Shown in pieces: positions 29,770 through 37,526 of a DNA stretch of 64,000 nucleotides; position 1 is the first letter of the stretch, and each line of letters begins with the position of its first letter. The translations under genes were made by a program, and so were the position numbers. A model generated the notes under the pieces. The model had not been told where the DNA came from. It saw only the letters and a program-made list of their open reading frames with translations, and did no database searches. This stretch comes from a virus (Duplodnaviria > Caudoviricetes): the IMG/VR virus record IMGVR_UViG_3300028888_000101, positions 19,476 to 83,475 of that record; one strand, given 5' to 3'.

Positions 29770-30420
29770 ATGGCGACAGATGTTGTAATTGGAAATATTC
29801 AGTGTTTTACAGATACCTCAGATATAACTGAACTTGTTTATAGACTTACTAAACAAGAAATATTTGATATCATACATCCTGTAAATGAGATATATACTCA
29901 GTACCCTTTAATGCCGGACCCTCAAACTCTTTATAACACTAACGGTATAACTTCTACGTGGGTGGAGGTAAATTTTTCGGGTGCTTTCTTTAGAAGTGAG
30001 GGTGGTAAAGCGAACTCTTTTATATCTTCAGGAACACTTAATAAACAGTCTTCACAAACCATAAAACACAAACACACGTTTCCACACACTCATGACATAA
30101 CACACTACCATACACCAGGTGACATGGAAATAACTGGTCATACAGGATATGGTGGTTCTAATCAAAGTGCACAATCTTTGATAACAGGTGCTTTTGCATA
30201 TACTGGTTCATTCGGTACACAGTTGGATGTAAATGATGACCCAGCAGGATTTCCTAAAGGCGATTTTTATGCAAGTCGTAGTTGGACTGGTTCCACATCT
30301 GATTCATCTAAAACAAATACAGACAGTAAATCTGTTGACACAAGTTATGACGGAAATGCTTCTATTCAAGAAGCCAGACCTGAAAACTTAACAATAAAGA
30401 TATGGAGAAGAACATCATAA
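29770..30420 (+). CDS. tail-fibre needle-tip module, paralog 3
   Basis: Same architecture as paralog 1 with a divergent central tip. Confidence 0.7.
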   Translation: MATDVVIGNIQCFTDTSDITELVYRLTKQEIFDIIHPVNEIYTQYPLMPDPQTLYNTNGITSTWVEVNFSGAFFRSEGGKANSFISSGTLNKQSSQTIKHKHTFPHTHDITHYHTPGDMEITGHTGYGGSNQSAQSLITGAFAYTGSFGTQLDVNDDPAGFPKGDFYASRSWTGSTSDSSKTNTDSKSVDTSYDGNASIQEARPENLTIKIWRRTS

Positions 30421-30430
30421 GGAGTAAAAT

Positions 30431-30721
30431 ATGGAAAATAGAAAAATCATAAGAGCTATTGGTGCCGGTGTTTTCTTTGGTGAAATTATTGAGGAAAATG
30501 GAAGTACAATAGTTGCTAAAGATGTAAGACGTATTTGGGAATGGGTTGGTGCTAATACTCTATCTGAACTTGCTCAATACGGTACAATCAATCCAAAAGG
30601 ATGTAAGATTACTTGTAAGGTTGATAAGATTAAAATATTTAACGTTGTAGAAATCTTAGATGTAACTGAACGAGCTGCCAAAACTATTGATGAGGCTGAT
30701 GAATGGAAATTAGCGAAGTAG
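30431..30721 (+). CDS. DUF6948-like small phage protein
   Basis: IIRA..AGVFFG...RRIW.W.GA.TLSELA..G motif. Confidence 0.7.
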   Translation: MENRKIIRAIGAGVFFGEIIEENGSTIVAKDVRRIWEWVGANTLSELAQYGTINPKGCKITCKVDKIKIFNVVEILDVTERAAKTIDEADEWKLAK

Positions 30722-31353
30722 AATTTCTCGAAGGTATCACCAACTTAGAAATGATAGATTTTTCTCATAGTTTTAATGGTATAAATGCAATAGGTGATAC
30801 CATAGAATATATTGGATACGGTACGGATTGTGGAACTGGCGATTGTCATACCGATTGCTATTGTAATGGCATCAATATCTTAGATTGCGATAATAAAACT
30901 ATGTACTGTACTCAGCAACGGTATTTCTATTTTAATAAAATATATCCAACTTTTGCAGAAATAACAGTAGTGGATTATCTTGATTTTAGCCGTACAATCA
31001 TGTTTGCCGCAAAGCGTAAAGATAAAATTATTATTTCTTCTACAATAAGAAATGCTATATGTGTAGCAATTAATTATTCAACATCTATAGATGAAATCAA
31101 GCAACAATTCTTAAATAGAGTTAAAGAAGAATCAAAATTGACAGTACGTGAGTATATTGATTGGCACGCCAAATTAACAGGTTGCTGTGCAACTGGCGGT
31201 CACGAATATGTTGCAGATTTGGGTTTAGATTTACATAAAGAAGTAACTTTATATGAATTCTTAAAAATAACAATAGCAGACCCAGTGAACGGTCATGTTA
31301 TCAGACATATATTCTACGATGAAATTAAAGCAAATCCACAATATTTCAAATAA
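30703..31353 (+). CDS. hypothetical protein, partner of the DUF6948-like gene
   Basis: Overlaps the upstream gene; GYG.DCG.GD segment and WH..LTG.C..G motif. Confidence 0.55.
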   Translation: MEISEVEFLEGITNLEMIDFSHSFNGINAIGDTIEYIGYGTDCGTGDCHTDCYCNGINILDCDNKTMYCTQQRYFYFNKIYPTFAEITVVDYLDFSRTIMFAAKRKDKIIISSTIRNAICVAINYSTSIDEIKQQFLNRVKEESKLTVREYIDWHAKLTGCCATGGHEYVADLGLDLHKEVTLYEFLKITIADPVNGHVIRHIFYDEIKANPQYFK

Positions 31354-31360
31354 CACACTC

Positions 31361-31400
31361 TTTTGAGTGAGGTAGTATAATAACACTATCTTGCTCAAAA
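31361..31400 (+). terminator. hairpin B (loop ATAATAAC) at a convergent junction
   Basis: TTTTGAGTGAGGTAGT / ACTATCTTGCTCAAAA 16-bp stem with three G-U pairs on the + strand; no clear U-tract. Confidence 0.55.
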
Positions 31401-31441
31401 AGGCTTGTTATACGCAAGATATGAGCGGATTACAGGGTATT

Positions 31442-31630
31442 TCACCAAGGGTCTTCATTCTTCCAATCACCCATAACTAAACTGATTCTTCCGTCATTGA
31501 GAACTTCAACACCATTGATATCCGCAAGATTCATTCGTAGTCCATTTATATCAATCACTACATCATGTAGTCCTAATCCGCTGTCGTGGATAATTGATTG
31601 TAATCTTGTAACTAATTCCTGACCTGTCAT
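31442..31630 (-). CDS. small hypothetical protein
   Basis: ATGA-type overlap with the primase stop. Confidence 0.55.
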   Translation of the reverse strand: MTGQELVTRLQSIIHDSGLGLHDVVIDINGLRMNLADINGVEVLNDGRISLVMGDWKNEDPW

Positions 31631-32580
31631 AATATATCCAACTCCTTTTTAATAATATTTACTTCTTCATAAGTTAATTCACCTGGGTCGTTTTTCGGGA
31701 CAACTTTACCTTTCTCAATCTTTGTAAATGGTTCGCAAATATTTACTACCTCAACTTCCATTCCAAGTGAGGCTAAGTTTCTTCCAAGGTGTCTTGCTTT
31801 CTCTTGAGCTTCATATTCATTATCAAAACAGATAAAAACCTTCTTGTAATGTTCCTTTAAGAATAATTCCTGTTCTCTAGTAACACTGGTACCTAAACTG
31901 CATACGCAATTTTGTCCCATTTTCATTACGTCAAAAGCACCTTCACAAATCATTACATAATCTTCAGTACTGTTATCAAGATTAAAGAAAATGTCTTTTG
32001 CAGCAATAACGCTGTTTTCAATATCAAGATTCTTATAACGAGGAATCTTGATACCCATAGCTTCATACTGTTTCAATTCTTCTTTACTGAGAATAGTTCT
32101 ACCAACCCAAGACACCAACACTCGTTTATAATAGATTGGTAAGATGATTCTATAAGACCATTCTCCTGTAATTCCACCACCACGAATATGAAACTTACTG
32201 ATTAAATAATTTATATCATATCCACGATTAATAAGATACTGTTTTTCCTGTTCGTTTAATTTGAATCCAGGTAAATTAAGATGTTCAGCTTGTGCTACTC
32301 GTTTTGTTTCTTTCTCAGGTGTGATGTAAGTATAATCTTTTACAAACTGAGAAATCTGGTTTGTAGGAATATTAAGTAACTTTGATAAAGCGTCATAATA
32401 ATTATGGCTACCACATCTCCAACAGTTATATCTTGGAGACAGATAATTAAAACCACCATTAAGGTGAGTATCAATTGGATTTACACAGAATGGGCAATCA
32501 ACATTAACCCACCCACGATTTATTGTAGTATCTGAACGTATATGTGCATTATCAAATATTCGTTTGAAATTAATTGCCAT
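31627..32580 (-). CDS. DNA primase (zinc-binding domain plus TOPRIM, DnaG-like)
   Basis: VDCPFC...H...YNCWRCG zinc finger; ICEGAFD, CSLGT and CFDNE TOPRIM motifs. Confidence 0.9.
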   Translation of the reverse strand: MAINFKRIFDNAHIRSDTTINRGWVNVDCPFCVNPIDTHLNGGFNYLSPRYNCWRCGSHNYYDALSKLLNIPTNQISQFVKDYTYITPEKETKRVAQAEHLNLPGFKLNEQEKQYLINRGYDINYLISKFHIRGGGITGEWSYRIILPIYYKRVLVSWVGRTILSKEELKQYEAMGIKIPRYKNLDIENSVIAAKDIFFNLDNSTEDYVMICEGAFDVMKMGQNCVCSLGTSVTREQELFLKEHYKKVFICFDNEYEAQEKARHLGRNLASLGMEVEVVNICEPFTKIEKGKVVPKNDPGELTYEEVNIIKKELDIL

Positions 32581-32583
32581 AAT

Positions 32584-32979
32584 CTAATCTTCGTCACTGT
32601 AATATCGCAATCTCAAATCACTAAATGTCATATATCTTGAGTTATCTTTCTTTTGATAAGTTCTCTGAATATAATAACAAGTTAAGGTATCACCGTTAGA
32701 ACAGTTATTATACAATGTCTTATTGTTAATTTGTCCTTCAATTCTAACATTCATAGGTGTAGCATAAAAGTATACATTATATTGAGCAGGGTGCGTAACA
32801 TAGGTCACACTAGTTACTTTTCCAGTGCTATGAACAATCGGCTGCACCCAACTTGATTTATAATGCTTGTCAAATACTATTCCTGAACAATCAACTTCTT
32901 TGACTTCTATGCACTTATCACAACTGATAAACAATATAGAAACAATTATAAATAAAAATAAAAACATTAATCTTTTCAT
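32584..32979 (-). CDS. putative lipoprotein
   Basis: MKRLMFLFLFIIVSILFISC: basic N-terminus, hydrophobic core, lipobox Cys20. Confidence 0.65.
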   Translation of the reverse strand: MKRLMFLFLFIIVSILFISCDKCIEVKEVDCSGIVFDKHYKSSWVQPIVHSTGKVTSVTYVTHPAQYNVYFYATPMNVRIEGQINNKTLYNNCSNGDTLTCYYIQRTYQKKDNSRYMTFSDLRLRYYSDED

Positions 32980-32982
32980 AAA

Positions 32983-33303
32983 TTATTCCTTAGGCATTTC
33001 GTAAATGATAATTGGGGCTTTCTCTTCATCAAGATATGGAATGGTTCCTATTGTATTTTTATCAATAAATTCCATTGCATCAAAATAAAAATCAGGAACT
33101 TCTTCATCTTCTTTATGTTTTTTCTTATTCCATTCCTTTTCATTATCCTCAGCAAGTGCAGAAGCTAAAGTATAGTAACCGTAAATGACGTGATGTTTAT
33201 CTTCACTTACACCAAGTATTCCTTTATCAAAAACTTCTTCAGGGTCGAAAAATATAATAGGTTCTTCGAGATTATAATGTTCACATATTTCTTTTCTTGT
33301 CAT
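32983..33303 (-). CDS. hypothetical protein
   Basis: AGGAG RBS; operon with the primase. Confidence 0.6.
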   Translation of the reverse strand: MTRKEICEHYNLEEPIIFFDPEEVFDKGILGVSEDKHHVIYGYYTLASALAEDNEKEWNKKKHKEDEEVPDFYFDAMEFIDKNTIGTIPYLDEEKAPIIIYEMPKE

Positions 33304-33316
33304 AATTTATCTCCTA

Positions 33317-33598
33317 TTAAAATAAAGGTGCCATTCCAACTGAGGTATACATTTCATCTACAGACACACTGAGTCCTTCTTCCGCTTTAATTTTTGGTGC
33401 CTGTTCATTTATCAATAATAGAATCTTTTTAATTTCTGAATCAGTTTCATTTAAGATGTTACTGTTAAACTTATTGTGAAGATATCCCCAACAAACATTC
33501 CACAATGACTGTGTTTCATTCTTCTCATACTTTTGATTAATCTTGTTTAGTTTATCAAGCATATCTCGCTCTGATAAACTCAGCTCACACATTCTCAT
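33317..33598 (-). CDS. hypothetical protein
   Basis: GGGAG RBS; first ORF after the structured RNA. Confidence 0.55.
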   Translation of the reverse strand: MRMCELSLSERDMLDKLNKINQKYEKNETQSLWNVCWGYLHNKFNSNILNETDSEIKKILLLINEQAPKIKAEEGLSVSVDEMYTSVGMAPLF

Positions 33599-33614
33599 AC
33601 TATTGCTCCCAATA

Positions 33615-33831
33615 AAAAGTTTCGCCAGTAAGGGTGAAATTTCAAGAAAAAGACCTTACTGACTCGGTTGCCCTGTTCCGCTAGTGGTAATAGAAAGTTT
33701 CCAAAATATTACCACTAACTCGGTTTCCCTGTTTGCGAAGTTATCATTGTGGTCCCATCATAACTCGACTTCCTGTTCCGAGAACAGGCACTCAACCATC
33801 CCCATCAGGATAGAATCCGTGTCTAAACGGA
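33615..33831 (-). ncRNA. unidentified structured RNA: three conserved 18-20-nt repeats, each followed by a hairpin
   Basis: - strand repeats CGGAACAGGAAGTCGAGT (33763-33780), CGCAAACAGGGAAACCGAGT (33718-33737) and CGGAACAGGGCAACCGAGT (33662-33680); hairpins differ in sequence but keep pairing; final T-tract. Strand inferred from the tRNA and G-U pairs. Confidence 0.6.
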
Positions 33832-33905
33832 CTGGGTTGGTAGGATTCGAACCTTACGGAATGACGGTACCAAAAACCGTTGCCTTACCACTTGGCTACA
33901 ACCCA
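33832..33905 (-). tRNA. tRNA-Gln(UUG), no encoded CCA
   Basis: Cloverleaf: TGGGTTG/CAACCCA acceptor, GCC-AAGTGGTAA-GGC D-arm, ACGGT-TTTTGGT-ACCGT anticodon arm, GGTTCGAATCC T-arm. Confidence 0.92.
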
Positions 33906-33919
33906 ATTTATTATATTAA

Positions 33920-33930
33920 TAATATTAGAA
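33920..33930 (-). promoter_or_regulatory. TTCTAATATTA motif upstream of the tRNA (candidate phage promoter)
   Basis: Exact copies also at 13673 (-), 23684, 23926, 55428, 58064 and 60313 (+), each shortly upstream of a gene start. Confidence 0.55.
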
Positions 33931-33995
33931 TCTCGTTCATTTCTGTCTAAGATTAAATATTAAATAAACCCAAAAACTAATAGGAGGATTCTGAA

Positions 33996-34328
33996 ATGAA
34001 ATCTAAGATTTTTGGTATCATCGGAGCACTGCTTTTCGTAGCAGCTGTTGTTGTTGGTTATTTCTGCAAGTTTGATAGTGCAGATATTATTGCTGTAGCA
34101 CTTGCCGCTTTTGCATTGGCTTCAACTATTGTTGCCGTTGTAAAGAAGTACAAGAAAGAAGGTGAGAAGTTCAATTGGAAGTTTATTCTGATTCTTGCTC
34201 TTACTGTTGTTGGTGCTGTTCTTTGTGCAATTGGTGGAATTTCTGATTCTATTTTTGCTACATTGGCTGGTGCTGTAATTGGTATTCTTACAGTTATCTT
34301 TGGTGTACTTACCGCTAAAAAGGAATAA
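33996..34328 (+). CDS. multi-pass membrane protein, holin candidate
   Basis: 110 aa, four hydrophobic segments, basic loop and C-terminus; AGGAGG RBS. Confidence 0.5.
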   Translation: MKSKIFGIIGALLFVAAVVVGYFCKFDSADIIAVALAAFALASTIVAVVKKYKKEGEKFNWKFILILALTVVGAVLCAIGGISDSIFATLAGAVIGILTVIFGVLTAKKE

Positions 34329-34336
34329 CCTAGAAA

Positions 34337-35041
34337 ATGAACGGAACAGTAAATAACAAGATTGAAAGTACACTCGCTAAGTATCTCGAATTCAGGGTTT
34401 TTGAAATGTTCAAGAACAGAATGGTATCCGTAATCAAACCACATTGCCGACAGGATTCTGTAGAGGATGTTTATCAACACCTGTTCCTCTGTCCTGCAAA
34501 TCTTAGCAAGAAAAGAAACTTTCAACTTCATGGTGTACTGTCTCCGTTCGTTTGCCTTTGGCGAACATCTCCACTTAATTGGAATAAAAAACAATACGGT
34601 CGTTCTGTCTTAAATCGTGAGTTCTATTATACAGATAAGAATGGACAGACAAGATGTGAACGAGGATTTATGTACGATGTGGAGATAGATTTTGAACTGT
34701 TTTCAAGCAGCTACTATAAATCATTCCGAGACCGTGTAAATCAGAATATCCTTGATATGGATAGACTGAGATATTTTGACATTAATGTTCCTGAACTTCT
34801 TACAGACTGTGAATGCATGAAAACAAGAGCTGAGTTTATGCTTGAAGGCATGACGGCTACAGACACACCACAAGATGGAAATAATAACAGAAGTTTTGAC
34901 CTGAACGCTAAATACAAAATAAAAATGACCGTACCATATTGTCGGTCATTTGATTATGTGGATAGAGTTGAGGTTTATTTGAACGAAAATAAAATCTACG
35001 AAAAAGAAACAGAACCTATCGAGACTTCTTCACAACCTTAG
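34337..35041 (+). CDS. putative tail terminator / completion protein (gp15/gpU-like)
   Basis: P.V.L.R...YDVEIDFEL...FDL...Y.I.M.VP pattern; upstream of the sheath. Confidence 0.5.
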   Translation: MNGTVNNKIESTLAKYLEFRVFEMFKNRMVSVIKPHCRQDSVEDVYQHLFLCPANLSKKRNFQLHGVLSPFVCLWRTSPLNWNKKQYGRSVLNREFYYTDKNGQTRCERGFMYDVEIDFELFSSSYYKSFRDRVNQNILDMDRLRYFDINVPELLTDCECMKTRAEFMLEGMTATDTPQDGNNNRSFDLNAKYKIKMTVPYCRSFDYVDRVEVYLNENKIYEKETEPIETSSQP

Positions 35042-35240
35042 TTGTTCTTGGTTTAAGGTTCAAAATAGTTTCTCCAACATCTCTTTTGTACATAGATACG
35101 GATACATTTGATGTAACATTGGCAGGTTGCTTTTCCAACTTTACTGTATCACCAGGAAAAATACTGATATACTCTCCGTCAAGATAATAAGTTCCTTCAG
35201 AACGGCTTTTATTTATAAGAACATAGTACGTTTTCTTCAT
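35016..35240 (-). CDS. small hypothetical protein
   Basis: AGGAG RBS. Confidence 0.5.
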   Translation of the reverse strand: MKKTYYVLINKSRSEGTYYLDGEYISIFPGDTVKLEKQPANVTSNVSVSMYKRDVGETILNLKPRTTKVVKKSR

Positions 35241-35271
35241 AATAATAACTCCTTATTAAAATATTTAATTA

Positions 35272-36333
35272 TTATATCGTTCTACCTTTATAATATCCTA
35301 CAGGACATTCTTTAGCCTGAATGTTGTGAACACCGTCTGTATACCAATGCTTTCCGAGAGCACTTAGATTCTTTCTAGCATTTATTTTCCCTGGTCTATA
35401 ACCTTCAGGACATTCAGCACCACGATAATTTACTACACCATTTGTAAACCATTTCATATTTGTTTTATCATGTTCTTTTCCACGATGTGCATCAGCAGCT
35501 TTTTTAATCCATTCTTCTGTATGAATTACTTTTTTACAGCTTTCAGACATTCTGCGTTTGTACTCTTCATCATGAACCGTTCCTCTATTAGCATCTCCAA
35601 TTTTCTTTTTGGTTTCTTCAGAAAGATGAGTACCACGTCTAGTCTCATATTGTGCCTGATGTGCTGCATATTCTTCTTCAGAATATTTTCTACCCTTCAA
35701 CCTGTCTGACATAGCCTGTCTAGCCTCAGGATGTTCCACATAATGTCTTTTAATACCCTCAGAGACTTTCTGAATATATTCTGGATTCTTACAAAGTTCT
35801 GTCATTCTCTGTGACATACCCTCACGCACTTCAGGATGGTCGTTATAATACTGTTTCATATATTCTGAATGTTCCTGCTTACGTTCAGGATGTTCAGCAT
35901 AATGTTTATTCATGCGTTCAGAAACCTTTTGACGTTCTTCAGGGTCTTCGTAACGTTTCTTCATACGGTTGGATATTTCCTGTTTTGCCTCAGGATGGTT
36001 CTTATAGTATTCTTTAAGAGCCTCTGAATTATTACGATATTTCTTGACAAATTTCTTGATATACTCACGTCTTGATTTAACAGAAACATGAACTTTTGTA
36101 TGTTCAGAATCAGTTAAAAATATTAATTCTGAAGCAGGTCTATGATAATATAAGTTATGTTCGATTAAATATTTCCTTGATAATTCTTTAGTTCTTAAAT
36201 CTCCATTTTCATCATGCGTTTCTAGTCTATGATGACAATGCCATGTTCTATTTTCATCTTTTACGCAATCATCATAATTTTCAATTAAATTTAAATCATC
36301 TTTACAAAATGCATAAGCGTTTACAGAATACAT
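35272..36333 (-). CDS. HNH-type homing endonuclease-like protein with NUMOD3-like segments
   Basis: WHCHHRLETH domain; HPE.R..MS helical repeats; HLSEETKKKIG NUMOD3-like motif; WFTNG/WYTDG repeats; TTTACA-N17-TATAAA promoter at ~36361-36398. Confidence 0.75.
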   Translation of the reverse strand: MYSVNAYAFCKDDLNLIENYDDCVKDENRTWHCHHRLETHDENGDLRTKELSRKYLIEHNLYYHRPASELIFLTDSEHTKVHVSVKSRREYIKKFVKKYRNNSEALKEYYKNHPEAKQEISNRMKKRYEDPEERQKVSERMNKHYAEHPERKQEHSEYMKQYYNDHPEVREGMSQRMTELCKNPEYIQKVSEGIKRHYVEHPEARQAMSDRLKGRKYSEEEYAAHQAQYETRRGTHLSEETKKKIGDANRGTVHDEEYKRRMSESCKKVIHTEEWIKKAADAHRGKEHDKTNMKWFTNGVVNYRGAECPEGYRPGKINARKNLSALGKHWYTDGVHNIQAKECPVGYYKGRTI

Positions 36334-36473
36334 AAATATGTCCTCAAATTATATATTTTATGATACTATTTATATCATTATTGCCTTTTTGTGTAAAGTA
36401 TTATTAACCTAATTGCAATAAATGATACTTAGCATAAATTACAATCTTTTTTTTTTGAAAAGGAGGCTGTTAA

Positions 36474-37490
36474 GTGGGACAAGTAAATGTCGGAACGCAA
36501 AGCATTGGATGGAAATATAGTACACCACTTCAAGCAGATTATCTTAATACATTTATTTCAGGAATCTCAACACCGGGTCTTTTGAGTAGACCTAAGATTG
36601 AAGTTATATCTACAAACAATGGTGCTACCGTTACAATAAAACCATTCTCATTACTTATAAATCCTACCGATTCTGAAAAGTATGTTACAGAGGATGGAAA
36701 GACTTTCTATCCTAGACTTGTAAAAATTACCACAGCTGATAACGCTATTCTTACAGTATTTCCTGAAACTGTAGCAATTGGATTTACATATAGTTTCAAA
36801 GATGAAGGTGTAGCAAAACCTTCTTGGTATGGTGATTTTATGACACTTGACCAATATACGGTTGGTGAATTTGAAGGTGTTATTGTTGCAACATGTCAGA
36901 GTAAGACATTGACTGGCGGTACTACATTGTACTCTGTATCAACAAGTGGTGCAGATATCAGTAACGCTTTACTTATTGCTGAGGGTTGGAATCCTAGAAA
37001 ATGGTTGAGTCTTGTTCATCCTAAACGAAGTGCTTTTGGTAGTCAGGGTGTAAAGGGCATTTATAATCGTCTTGAAATCCGTTCTGACAATGATTTGTAC
37101 AGGGGATATATCAATGGAAATCTTGGTACTATATCTTTACAAACTGCAGCAGATGTGACTATTCAGATTGACCCTAACGAGGCTGTACCAGGAACAGACC
37201 CTTACAATGAACGTGGTAAGATGACCTATAACTATAACACTTACAGATTACAGACTAGAGGATTTGAGAAAGCACAATGCGGTAATTCACTTCCTATCGT
37301 AAGAACATCTGGCGGTATTTTTGCTTTTGTAGATGCAACTGATGTTAACTATGCAATTGCACATGAAGGTAGTGGTTCTCTTACTCCTGAACAGCAGCAG
37401 AATGGTTTTGCCAATAAATTAAAGATATCTCCTGTTGAGCAGGAAGACATCAATATTTATTACTATAACAATACTTTAACCATAAATTAA
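36474..37490 (+). CDS. putative tail structural protein
   Basis: GTG start with AGGAGG RBS; immediately upstream of the sheath. Confidence 0.5.
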   Translation: MGQVNVGTQSIGWKYSTPLQADYLNTFISGISTPGLLSRPKIEVISTNNGATVTIKPFSLLINPTDSEKYVTEDGKTFYPRLVKITTADNAILTVFPETVAIGFTYSFKDEGVAKPSWYGDFMTLDQYTVGEFEGVIVATCQSKTLTGGTTLYSVSTSGADISNALLIAEGWNPRKWLSLVHPKRSAFGSQGVKGIYNRLEIRSDNDLYRGYINGNLGTISLQTAADVTIQIDPNEAVPGTDPYNERGKMTYNYNTYRLQTRGFEKAQCGNSLPIVRTSGGIFAFVDATDVNYAIAHEGSGSLTPEQQQNGFANKLKISPVEQEDINIYYYNNTLTIN

Positions 37491-37526
37491 GTTATATATT
37501 TTTAATAATACTAAAGGAGAATTACA

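Noticed and set aside
21311-30420. Diversity-generating retroelement targeting the adhesin or tip genes
   Set aside because: No reverse transcriptase in the window and no template/variable repeat pair differing only at adenines; the duplications are in-frame and tandem. A DGR elsewhere in the genome is not excluded.
33662-33780. CRISPR mini-array
   Set aside because: Only three degenerate 18-20-nt repeats; the spacers are self-complementary hairpins of unequal length; no cas genes in the window.
33765-33815. Second tRNA (Arg, anticodon TCG) from CCTGT-TCTCGGA-ACAGG
   Set aside because: The anticodon-like arm exists, but there is no acceptor stem, D-arm or TTCGA T-loop; it is better explained as repeat 1 pairing with its anti-repeat.
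33615-33831. Hammerhead or theta (HDV-like) ribozyme, or cobalamin / c-di-GMP-I riboswitch
   Set aside because: Only fragments match (GAG...CGAAAC; AACAGGGAA; CAGGGCAA). The CUGANGA core, nested HDV pseudoknot, B12 box and GACGCAAA elements are missing by eye. A covariance search and cleavage assay would be decisive.
33684-33950. 88-aa + strand ORF
   Set aside because: Antisense to the tRNA and structured RNA, no RBS; shadow ORF.
34058-34594. 178-aa - strand ORF, and other antisense or alternate-frame ORFs such as 42460-42978, 24578-25072 and 50590-50994
   Set aside because: They overlap well-supported genes, lack RBSs and show composition typical of reverse-frame shadows.
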